From: a virus
Strand: one strand, 5' to 3'
DNA: 64,000 bases
IMG/VR virus record: IMGVR_UViG_3300045988_106833
Coordinates: 12,326-76,325 of that record
The notes under the pieces were generated by a model. The model was not told where the DNA came from. It saw nothing but the letters and a program-made list of their open reading frames with translations, and made no database searches. The translations under genes and the position numbers were made by a program. This document shows positions 20,667-30,900 of this stretch, one piece after another. The stretch's first letter is position 1, and each line of letters opens with the position of its first letter.

Positions 20667-20681
20667 CACCTAACTAATATT

Positions 20682-20957
20682 TTGATCATGTTTTCAGATT
20701 TGAAGAAAGGGTTTCAGGTACATACCCTTGATACTAATACAGTACCTAAATACGAATTGGGAAAGGTAGTAGCCGTATCCGAACCCAGGTATCTTCCTCC
20801 TCAGCCAGGTCAGTATCAGGCGATGCAGACCCGCGTGGTGGATCTGACGGTAGAGCTCACTATCTATTTTTTTCAATACCAGGCCCGATGCGATTTTAAC
20901 GTATCGGGTTTTTATTTTAATTCATATTGTTTTATTTTAAATCTAATTAATTTATGA
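20682..20957 (+). CDS. hypothetical protein (91 aa)
   Basis: ORF track only. Confidence 0.3.
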   Translation: MIMFSDLKKGFQVHTLDTNTVPKYELGKVVAVSEPRYLPPQPGQYQAMQTRVVDLTVELTIYFFQYQARCDFNVSGFYFNSYCFILNLINL

Positions 20958-20963
20958 ATGTCG

Positions 20964-20971
20964 TACATTTG
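20964..20971 (+). promoter_or_regulatory. -7 promoter motif TAcaTTTG, 18 nt upstream of the ATG at 20989
   Basis: TAnnTTTG match. Confidence 0.4.
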
Positions 20972-20988
20972 TTGAAAAACTATTCTAT

Positions 20989-21216
20989 ATGGAAAATAAG
21001 GAAGATTACATTGGTTACGAAGATCAAGAACTGTGTAACCGGTATTACAAAGAGGCTGAAGCCATGAGGCAAAAGCAGGACTGGTCTCGGCTTAGGGCTG
21101 TCCCTGCTCCGGCCAAGGGAACGCCATCGCCCGGCTGGGGTCAGCTTGGACGTGGAAATGGTGTCCGTGTTAAGTATGTGAGTATCAATTCAGGATTGGG
21201 AGGAGATAGATTATGA
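20989..21216 (+). CDS. hypothetical protein (75 aa)
   Basis: ORF with a promoter motif. Its stop overlaps the next start. Confidence 0.5.
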   Translation: MENKEDYIGYEDQELCNRYYKEAEAMRQKQDWSRLRAVPAPAKGTPSPGWGQLGRGNGVRVKYVSINSGLGGDRL

Positions 21217-21431
21217 CCGTAGAAGAGTTAGTTAGTAAAAGATACGGTGGTGAATTTGTTTTCATGTTTGGTCATCTTGAAGGTAGAACAAGATTCGTTT
21301 TTGAATGCTTTGATCCCAGACCTGATCACGAAGGTAAAAACACTTATATGGTTTCCTATTTTGATAAGGGACTTCGTAGAAGAGATGTGGTAGAGGTACC
21401 GTGTTATATAAATATTTTGCCAAAATCATGA
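21213..21431 (+). CDS. hypothetical protein (72 aa)
   Basis: ATGA-coupled to the upstream ORF. Confidence 0.5.
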   Translation: MTVEELVSKRYGGEFVFMFGHLEGRTRFVFECFDPRPDHEGKNTYMVSYFDKGLRRRDVVEVPCYINILPKS

Positions 21432-21631
21432 AAATATTAATCTTAAATGTACCTGTATTTTCCGGTAAGATTGTTTCTCCTACATGGATTAAGGCCGTAA
21501 GAGATTTTCAATCCAGATCGAAGGCAGAAAGAGACTCGTATTGTTCGGTTTGTGGATGTACAGGAGGGTGTAACCTGTGCGATGATATAAGTAAGTATAG
21601 GATTTCAGAACAACTAAAATATTATATATAA
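21401..21631 (+). CDS. hypothetical Cys-containing protein (76 aa)
   Basis: ORF track. Contains CSVCGCTGGCNLC. Confidence 0.4.
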   Translation: MLYKYFAKIMKILILNVPVFSGKIVSPTWIKAVRDFQSRSKAERDSYCSVCGCTGGCNLCDDISKYRISEQLKYYI

Positions 21632-21632
21632 T

Positions 21633-22268
21633 ATGGTTAGAATCGCATATTTCGGAACCGATGGCTGCCCTGGTCATCACGTTATTCCAATACGAGGTAA
21701 ATTCACAGAAGAGGATATTAAGGTAATAGAATCTGTAGATTGTGATGATTTCTATAAGGTGTTTGATGTCATGCGTTTTAAGATAGCTGAGTTTAAAGGA
21801 TGGACGATATTAGGAATCCCGGCAAGCTTAGACGATCATAGACCTGGAAGCAAAACCGTTATCTTCATAGAGGGTAAAGCTAACGAAACTGACTTTATGG
21901 AAGTTATACAAGAGTATTCTTTTCTTAAAAATAAGGTAAAGAAACTTGCCGAATTGTATCATGATGGAGAATGGCTTGCGACTGGTAAATTGAATCAAGA
22001 TCCGCCTACTAACAAGGAGCGGTTTCAATTTACGTTAGACAAGGATGATATTATTAACATGATTAGGGGAGTCGATTTAGATCCTTATTCTGATGTGGCG
22101 AATGAAATGGAGAAAATCGGATTGGGATCATCATCTGATTCTTCATATGAGGGTCCCATATGGTCTTGGTTTGTTAACAAAGTAGAACTTTGGCAGAAGA
22201 ATAATGTATGGGATAGTTTCTCCGCTGAGTTTTTGTGGGGTTTGTATTGTAGGATAAAGAAAGTATAG
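21633..22268 (+). CDS. hypothetical protein (211 aa)
   Basis: ORF directly abutting the upstream stop. Confidence 0.55.
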   Translation: MVRIAYFGTDGCPGHHVIPIRGKFTEEDIKVIESVDCDDFYKVFDVMRFKIAEFKGWTILGIPASLDDHRPGSKTVIFIEGKANETDFMEVIQEYSFLKNKVKKLAELYHDGEWLATGKLNQDPPTNKERFQFTLDKDDIINMIRGVDLDPYSDVANEMEKIGLGSSSDSSYEGPIWSWFVNKVELWQKNNVWDSFSAEFLWGLYCRIKKV

Positions 22269-22291
22269 TAACAATTAATTTAAAACAAATC

Positions 22292-22423
22292 ATGGAATTA
22301 AAAGATTTTAAAGATGTGGTTAGAGTAATGACAAAAGAAGAGTTCGAATCAGCAATCAACGAAGATATTAAATTCGTTGAAAGATTTAAGCATTTTTTAA
22401 ACATGATGATGTTGCGAGGATAA
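22292..22423 (+). CDS. possible small protein (43 aa), not in the ORF track
   Basis: ATG-initiated frame MELKDFKDVVRVMTKEEFESAINEDIKFVERFKHFLNMMMLRG ending in TAA at 22421-22423. It fills an otherwise empty 170-nt gap. Confidence 0.25.
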   Translation: MELKDFKDVVRVMTKEEFESAINEDIKFVERFKHFLNMMMLRG

Positions 22424-22440
22424 TAGAACACGTAAAGTCA

Positions 22441-23166
22441 GTGTTAGAAGCATCAGTGGACTACTTCTATCCTAATCATCCTGAAGTAGAATTTGAAAAA
22501 GATTTTAATATACAATACGATGTCAATAATATCTTGAACAAATACGGCCACACCGAAATGGGTATGTATAAAATACAGCTCTATATAGAGAATATTTTGG
22601 GTAGTATTCAAAACAAGAAGCCTGTAGACGTGGGAGAAGTCTCTGACGGATACCACACTTTCAATGAATTGTATAGGTATCGCATGTTGTATAACGCTGC
22701 CTTCTTTAATCTATTAGCCAGAAGCGGACAGGTTGAAGTTTGCAAATCAAGGAGACACAGCGACGGAGAAAAATGCTTCGGTTCTGATGATTGGTTTATT
22801 GTGATGGCGATCCTACCTACCGGTCAGGTATCTAATCACTATGAAAGCAAATACTGGGATTTGTTTGATGTTCCTGAAAGAGAAACCGCTTTCGAATACG
22901 ATGGCCATACACCAAATGAAGCTGCCGACAGACTTGAAAAGTATCTCAAACTGCCTCGTCGTGGCATGACATTCGAACAGGCTTTAGAACAGCTTAAATT
23001 AGGTCGTAAGATAAAAAGAATCGATTGGGGTAAAAAGTATATCTGTATGTTTATTGTAGAATCTGACGTAAATATATTGATGGTAGATACAGGTCAAAAA
23101 GTAGCATCAAATTGGAATCCAACCGAACATGATATTATGTCGAATGATTGGGAGATTGCGGGATGA
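22441..23166 (+). CDS. hypothetical protein (241 aa); C-terminal segment resembles DUF2829-type phage proteins
   Basis: C-terminal MTFEQALEQLKLGRKIKRIDWGKKYI matches the F..A...LK.GKK..R..W pattern, recalled from memory. The track start is a GTG. Confidence 0.5.
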   Translation: MLEASVDYFYPNHPEVEFEKDFNIQYDVNNILNKYGHTEMGMYKIQLYIENILGSIQNKKPVDVGEVSDGYHTFNELYRYRMLYNAAFFNLLARSGQVEVCKSRRHSDGEKCFGSDDWFIVMAILPTGQVSNHYESKYWDLFDVPERETAFEYDGHTPNEAADRLEKYLKLPRRGMTFEQALEQLKLGRKIKRIDWGKKYICMFIVESDVNILMVDTGQKVASNWNPTEHDIMSNDWEIAG

Positions 23167-23345
23167 GTTTGTTTGTTTGTTCAAAATGTGGCTGTATAGA
23201 TAATACAGCCACATCATATTACTGGGCTCTTATAAGACCTTGTAAGAATCGTATTTACGATAAGTCGCTAAAGGGATATGAAGGCAAGCCTCTTTGTTCT
23301 GAATGTGCCGCTATTGAATATAGTAAGGGGGCCAAGTGGTGGTAG
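23148..23345 (+). CDS. small zinc-ribbon protein (65 aa; CSKCGC...CSEC)
   Basis: Two CxxC pairs. Confidence 0.45.
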   Translation: MGDCGMSLFVCSKCGCIDNTATSYYWALIRPCKNRIYDKSLKGYEGKPLCSECAAIEYSKGAKWW

Positions 23346-23440
23346 TTCCTGGAACGTGGCATGGTAAGTTCAAGAAAGAATGGCCTACTGAAGAAGAAAA
23401 GAAGCATATTGGTAAAAACGGTATTTTAAATATGTAAATT

Positions 23441-23746
23441 ATGTGTGATAAGGAAATTGTTGTATGTGCAGCTATATGGGTTCAAGATCACAAGAACAAG
23501 CCTCACGGTCCAGTAAATATACCATCTGGAACCGTATTTTGTGGATTGAGACACTGTTCCATAATATCGCAACTTGCGGCATACGGAATAGCCCATAAAA
23601 ACCGCAGTGTTCAAGGATTTTTGACAAGCAAGAATCGGTTTCTAACAAGAGAGGAGGCATCTGCTCTTGTTAAGAGCAATAATCAGGAAATGGTAGTAGA
23701 TAGGAGTGCCATTAGAGAACAATTGTATTCAGAAGATCTATATTAA
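23441..23746 (+). CDS. hypothetical protein (101 aa)
   Basis: ORF track. Confidence 0.45.
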   Translation: MCDKEIVVCAAIWVQDHKNKPHGPVNIPSGTVFCGLRHCSIISQLAAYGIAHKNRSVQGFLTSKNRFLTREEASALVKSNNQEMVVDRSAIREQLYSEDLY

Positions 23747-23763
23747 CTAAAAAACAAAACAAC

Positions 23764-24117
23764 ATGGGGTTTAAAATCAAAAAGTCAATCACTTATGATA
23801 TGATGGACGACAGTCGGGTAGAGTACGAATTTGATAATACCAATGATTTAAATCATATCATATTTAAAGGTAATTGTAGAGAACCTTTTTCATTCAGCAG
23901 AGTACTTGTTGAAGAATTAATTAAGACATTTGAAACCATACGGGATAGATACTCTGATAATTATGAACTTAAGGTCTATCTTTACAATTGTATAATTCAA
24001 CTGAGCGTAAATCCAAAGGATCCCAGTGAATCCTTTTTTGGCGTATATGATAGAGATGAGATGAAATTGATATACGGAATAAAGATCAGTATTCTGAAAG
24101 GAATGTTTGGCATATGA
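23764..24117 (+). CDS. hypothetical protein (117 aa)
   Basis: ORF, ATGA-coupled to the next gene. Confidence 0.5.
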   Translation: MGFKIKKSITYDMMDDSRVEYEFDNTNDLNHIIFKGNCREPFSFSRVLVEELIKTFETIRDRYSDNYELKVYLYNCIIQLSVNPKDPSESFFGVYDRDEMKLIYGIKISILKGMFGI

Positions 24118-24434
24118 TGACTAAACAAGATATACAAGCAGCAGCATCGTATGTTTTCCGAAGCAGTTTTGTCTCGGAGGACCAGACAAGGAAAACAATG
24201 GTAAAAGCCGGCAATAACGCTACCAAGATCCTCGTCAAGACCTTTAGAGGCAAGTTGTTCAAGAAAGCTTTTGGAAGAGCTCGTAGAGGAAAGGATATTA
24301 GTTCTTTTGAAAGACAGGAAAAAGAAAGTGGTTTCAATTTTCTACACAATCATAATAATGGTCGTATGCGAAGCGGTCATATTGTAATAAACGGAATTGG
24401 TATGTTTAAACAAATAATGAAGTCGGGTACGTGA
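24114..24434 (+). CDS. hypothetical basic protein (106 aa)
   Basis: ATGA-coupled on both sides. Confidence 0.5.
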   Translation: MMTKQDIQAAASYVFRSSFVSEDQTRKTMVKAGNNATKILVKTFRGKLFKKAFGRARRGKDISSFERQEKESGFNFLHNHNNGRMRSGHIVINGIGMFKQIMKSGT

Positions 24435-24787
24435 GTTATCCGACTTTTTCGTATATTTGTGGCATGGCAAAAGGTTATTATTGGATACCACAAACAGATG
24501 AAACGTTAAATGGCATAAGCTATTACGTGACTAAGGTAGTAGGAGATATAGTGTTTGATACTAAACGAAAAAGAATAGTGTTTCAAACTACCAGGTATTT
24601 CCCAGTAGGCTCCGTATTCCATTTTACTCACAACTGCTTTAAATACGTCATAACCTGCCGGCTCCGTAAGCCGGGGCTGTGGTATGAGGCAAGGAGGGAA
24701 GACTGCGGACCTATTGGACCGGATGATGTGGAAAGGTTCGAATCAGGAAGGTTTATTCATAGAAATGGGTACAAATATAATGCGTAA
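24431..24787 (+). CDS. hypothetical protein (118 aa)
   Basis: ATGA-coupled. Followed by a terminator. Confidence 0.5.
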   Translation: MSYPTFSYICGMAKGYYWIPQTDETLNGISYYVTKVVGDIVFDTKRKRIVFQTTRYFPVGSVFHFTHNCFKYVITCRLRKPGLWYEARREDCGPIGPDDVERFESGRFIHRNGYKYNA

Positions 24788-24839
24788 GCGTAACTTGACG
24801 ATTTACGTCAGATTATAATTATTTTTTCATATGTATATT

Positions 24840-24877
24840 AAGCCGTCAGACTGGGAAGTTAGACGGCTTTGTTTTTA
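24840..24877 (+). terminator. 8-bp stem hairpin (aagccgtc/gacggctt) followed by TGTTTTT
   Basis: Read directly. It closes the small-gene operon. Confidence 0.5.
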
Positions 24878-24897
24878 TCATGTGCCTGATTTTTAAT

Positions 24898-24905
24898 TAC
24901 CTTTG
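24898..24905 (+). promoter_or_regulatory. -7 promoter motif TAccTTTG, 22 nt upstream of the ATG at 24928
   Basis: TAnnTTTG match. Confidence 0.4.
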
Positions 24906-24927
24906 TGTCAAAACAAAATAAATTCTT

Positions 24928-27900
24928 ATGGCGTCAACGTGTATTATTAAAAGAGATAATAAAAAGAAAGTTGTTTCTGTCTCTACCAGATCAGGGGACA
25001 GGTCTATGTTGTTTGATAAAATAGCATCTATTCCTCTTATGGAAAATAGGGAGCGGGCTACTACTGTTTTTAAAACCGTATTTTCTAATAAGTTCTTAAA
25101 GGCTTTTGGCGACTGGAGAAAGAGAGTGCCTATCAACAAACCGGCTTATAATAAGGTAAAATCCAACATCGATCTTATTCCGGAAGCCTATAGAGAAAGG
25201 GTGCTGGATAAGGCTTCTAAGATGAGTAATCCTGTTCTTGTGTCAAAATCAGATGCACCTTATGAAATCCGAGAATCGGGCTTTGGATTCTACAGCCAAG
25301 ATCTGGGTGATAATATTATGTTGGTGGATGCTATGGTTCCGTCAAGTATTTCCGTACCGGAAGGACCTGGAATAGACGCCGGTCAGTATCTACAAGATAC
25401 TATATCTTCGGACTTCACCCCCGTATCTATGGTACAGGATAAGGGTGTTAATTATATGGTTATAAAAGACGGTCTTAAGATATTTAGCCCAGAAGAGTTA
25501 CCACAGACAGATTCTAATCCTGTGGGTGTAACGTATCAGACCGGAGAGCCTCGTTTGTTTTTCATGAACGATCGTAGTCAATTATTTGAAGATTACGGAG
25601 AAGCTCTTCGCTCTGGCGGGAATGATATTAGAATAGGATTCTTATCCGGCACCGTTCAAGAATCTACCGTGGATGGCGTGGCAGACATTACTTACAAGGC
25701 TGGAAAGTATGTTCTTAATAATCCCAAGTCTTTTATACCGGTCATGACCGCTTCTGCTTCTACTTCTTTATCAACGAAAGGCGGGATAATTAACTACCTT
25801 ATAAAGAAAGGTCTTTTGTCCGGATCCAAGATATTCGATCCTGAAACAAGGAGCTATTATCTTACAGGAGAAGGACATACAGGACAAATTAGACTTTTCA
25901 ATTCAGCATTATCCTACACCGAGCTCCGTAATCATTTTGGTTCCGATGTTTCCATGAACGACCAAGGTATGATAACCATAAGCTCGTTGGATAATAGTAA
26001 GGTAACTATGAGGCTCGCTACCGGAGGAACGGAGAGGGTTAGCAAGGAGCAGATAAAGAACGATCTCAAGTCAGGAAGATACAATGAATTGGATGCTAAG
26101 TACGATCATTTTGATGCGCTTGTAGTTTCATTCATATTAGAAGACAACGATCTTTATGCTGATGCTAAAGCTAAGATCGTATCGGATTATAGCAGGCAGG
26201 AACGTGACCAACGAAATTCTATTGTAGAGATATTAAAAACGCTGGGCGTTAGTGTCATAGGTATGACCGACTATATAGAGAAGTACCAAACCAAATACGG
26301 GCACGAACCTTCTGCTAAGGCATTGGCGGATATTGCCAATAACGTAATAGCAGTTGGTGAAGATGCTACTTTATCTGATTTAGTAGAAGAAACATCCCAC
26401 TTCCTTGTAGAGGCATACAGAGATCAGAATGCTGTTGAGGATGTTTTGCAAGACGTAGAAGGCACAGAGGAGTGGAACCAGTATGCAGGTCAGTATTATA
26501 ATACATACGGTAAGGTATATGAGGGAGCTGAGCTTGATAATGCGGTTAGGAGAGAAATTCTTGGAAAGATCCTCGCCAGGGAGATGCAGACCGGAACAGC
26601 ACAGGCGCCGGTAGAGCCCACCTCCTTCCTGGGGCGCGTCCGGCAGCTTCTCTCTGGAATAGTAAGTTGGCTTAAATCAGCTTTATCTACTCAAAGACAA
26701 GATTTGAATAACGTTATTAAAAACATTCGTGATCTTGCCATTACTGACATAGATAAAGGATTTGATACCTCTCTGTTAAAGGATAATGACTTTACATTAT
26801 ATTCCCTTTCTTCTATGAACAAGAACAAGTTTCTTGAGTCTAAAATCCGGGCATTAAGGAAAACATTAAGAGACTTACGTCAGATAAGCTCTGATAGGGC
26901 TGTAACTACGTCTATGACCCTTGCGCAGCTTAAGACCATAGAAGATAAGATAAATAAAGTAGAGACCGAAATAGACAAGAATGAGATGGCGGCTGCCATG
27001 AACAGCATGATCTCCACAGCCGAAGCTCAGGTCAGATACTTAAGTAATGTGGTGAACACCATCCTTCATGGTGATACCAAAGACGGTAAGCTTCACTTCA
27101 ATACCAATGATCGAAAGAACGTAGATATTATCAACAATCAGGTTCTTCCGATCATGAACGATCTTCGAGGATATATCCGTAACAGAAGTACCGAATTTGA
27201 TGAACGTGAAAAGCAGGATTATACAAATAGGATCAATACCGTCATTGCCGACATCAATGGTATTCAGTCTGATATTAAATCAGTACAAGACCTTGATGAA
27301 AGTACGTTGCTTGATAAGTTAATGAACGAACTTCATGTGCCGGCAGATAAGGTAAAGAGAGTAAAAGAATTTTTTGACAAGGTTCAACACGATGTTTCTT
27401 GGATAAGTAGGTGGTTCGGTATATTAGAGCATTCTTCCAGTCCGTTCAATAACGCTCTTGGAGCTATGATTGCCAAAGACAATTACAATGCGATGGTGAA
27501 TGCCCAGCCCGCCATATCCGACTTCCTGGCATATGCTAAAAAGCATGGTTTTAACAAATCTGAATTTGAAAAACTGCTTCAGAAAGTAGACGGCAAAACT
27601 TCTAATTACCTTCGTAGTGCTCTTGATATGGCTAAATATGATCGTAATAAGAAGTTGGCACAGATGCGTGCGTTTGCTACTGCTATGAACATAGAAATAT
27701 CAGAAGAAGAAATCAATGATGTGGTTGACAATAATCGTAATTACGTATTTAAAAGAGAAGTAGTTGACAAGGACGGAAATACGGTTACTGAAAACGCTAA
27801 ATTTAAACCATCGTCTGACAGGGTTAATACCGATATTTTTACCATCGAGCAGGAAAAGATCTATACGGAGCAGATGGAAAAGTGGGATGCTGAAAATTCG

Positions 27901-30900
27901 GAACTGGAATTTAGTGAAAGTTATGCCACAAGAATGGAATCCATATACAAAAAGGCCGAAGAAGAATTAGGGCATCCGGTTTCTCAAACAACTAAAGAGT
28001 ATCTTAATGCTCTTTCCCGGCAAAAACGGATATTGAGGCAGCCTTTTATTGATAGCGGTGGTAATTTTGATGAGGTTGCTTACTATAAGAGTAGTAACTA
28101 CGAAGAAGAAGGACTGCTTCGTAAACAACGTAAGGAAGCAGCTTCGGAATACATATATGTTGGTACCAGACGTGTTGAAAAAACCGGAGACCAGCTTAAG
28201 ATGGCTAAAGAAATACAAGCCATAAATGAAGTTTGGAGAAAAGAATCAAATAATGTCACTAATGCCGTATCAGAATCGTTTTTACAAAAATTGAGAACGA
28301 TTCAAATCGAGTCAGGAGGAGAAGCTGCGCTGAAGACACTTATGTTGGGAGGGCACCTGTCATTTAACGATCGGTTTTGGAATGACATAGAATCGGAACA
28401 GTCGGCACGTACCGAATCAAATAACAAGGCTTCGTATCTCAAAATGGCACAAGACATCATTAGTTCTACGACAAGTGATAGAGATGCGACTGACGTGGAT
28501 TCCATTGTAAAAGATATAGAAAAAAATAAGGCCATTATCAAGGAAATAATCGGCAACAACCGTGACGTGGCTGACATCGGAGAAATCAATGAAGCGACAT
28601 TTACCTCATCTGAAAGAGATGCTTTTAGGGCTGCATCCGAAGCTATTGAAGCCGATTACGCTATTTTGATAGATTATGCTAAGATGGTGGGTCTTGAAGA
28701 TATTGATAAATACCTTACTAAAAGCAGTAAGGCTGAAAACGAAGTCAATCAGTCTTATTTAAATGCTCTTGCTGACTCTAAGGAAGTGGAATGGAAGTTC
28801 GTACAACGTCATACTACGGCGAAGAAAGCAAAAAGGATTCAGGCTTTAAGGGATAAGCTGTTTAAGGCTGCTGATAACCGATATCTGTTTACCGTATCTG
28901 AAACCAACTACCTGTCAGAAAAGCTCGGTATAAGCAAAGAATTAGACGGTAGAGATTTTAGGAATGCTGTTAATGCTAAGATGGCCAGCTTATTTTTAAA
29001 TAATACAAGGGAAGAGGGTATAGAAGAAGCCAATGCTATTGTTAATGAATTTGCCAGGAGCCAGGTCTTTTCGTACTATAAACGCATGGCGCCTACCGGA
29101 TATGCGGCTATGATCGACAAAATAGGTCGAGGTGAGATAGATGTGGCGCAGATGGTTAAGGACGTACAGAATGGGACTTCCACACAAGATTATGGTATGG
29201 ACATATCATACCTGTCTTTCGACCCTGCAAGAGCGTGGGTGGCTGAATCTGAGGCCGAAAATAGCGATCGTAACCCTGATTATGTAAAAGATCATGGGTA
29301 TGGTCATCGTATGCCCAAGAAGAGCCTGTATCGTGATGAATCGTATTTCAACGACTTCGGCATTAAGTATGATGCTGATGGTAATGAGGTCGCTACTAAA
29401 AACGTAGAGCAATGGAATATGATTCAAAAACTCAAGGAAATAAAAAGACAATCCCTTGATCTATATAAAGAGCAGAGCCCTAATCTGTATGCTATTCCAC
29501 AGATATCCAAACAAGATATAGAACGTATAGAAGGGTTAGGTATCAGCCTTAAAAGTACGGTCAGGAACTTCGTATCCGACTTATGTCTTGACCGCGTAGA
29601 TGACTCCCTGTATGGTAAAACACGCCAGGGTGAGGTATATGATCCGGAAGATAGGGTTCGGTCCATACCTAAATACTACATATATGAATTAGAGAACCAA
29701 GATGACGTATCTCACGATTTTGGCTACTCTTATTCGATGCTTATGATGCAGTCATCGTTATACAACGAAAAGCAGAAGTCTATAGAGCTTGCCCAAGGAC
29801 TGGAGCAGATGTTACTGAATAAACAATTTGAAGGCGGTAAGAAGGCTGAAGCAACCCAAGCATATCAGATGTTCAGGGACTTCTTCAACGATCATTATTA
29901 TGGCATTAGGATGAACACCAAAAAACTTACGGTGAACATCGGAGGATATACGGTAGACCTTACAAGAATTATGATGGCCGTTGAAAGATTTATGTCGGTC
30001 ATGAACCTGGCGCTGTCCCCGTTTGTGGCAGCTACCGGCGCCCTTACCGGCCATATCAACCTCATCATGGAATCAGCTGTAGGACAGTATATAAGCAAAG
30101 ACTCCCTTAAATACGCATCGGCTGAGTTTTCACGCCTTGCGCCATCTTGTATAGCAGAAACCGGAGACATAGATAGGAAAAGCAAATTATATGTCATAGG
30201 TGAGAGAATGGGGATATTCAATATCCGAAATCGTATGTATGGTGCCGGATACAATAGAGTGGCCAGGACCTTAATGCGTTCACCGATGTATGCTTTTATG
30301 GAAATCCTGAACTACCCTCTTGACCCGCAGGTTATGATTGCCACTATGGATAACGTGCGATACTATAAAGGCCGGTTCTACACGTTCCAAGATTTCAAGA
30401 TGGAAAAAGAACGAAATAAAGAACAGAGTACCATAAAAAGAGAATGGAATGCATTAAAAGATCGTACTTTATGGAGTATGGTAGATGTTGTGGATGGGAA
30501 GGTGGTCGTAAAACCTGGATCGGGTGTTACTGCCGAGGAAGTCGAAACCCAGATGGCTATAACTCGAAATCAAGTTCGCAGCTTGTCGCAGATATGTAAC
30601 GGATCTTTGAATGAAGAAAATCGGACTGCCGCATCACGCAACTGGATAGCCAGGTTCATGACCGCCCACCGAGGATGGTTGGTGCTGGCGGCTCAACGTC
30701 TGTGGAAAAGACGTGGCTTCAATTTCCAGACAATGCAAGAAGAGGAAGGACTGTCAATTACGTTAAAGAATATGATAGCCAAAACATTTAGCTTAGCTTC
30801 CGAGTCTGGTATGAAAAACATCATAGATGCTTGGAACGAAAATAAAGACAATATGAATGAGGTAGAGAAAACCAATCTAAAACGTCTCAGTGTCTATGCC

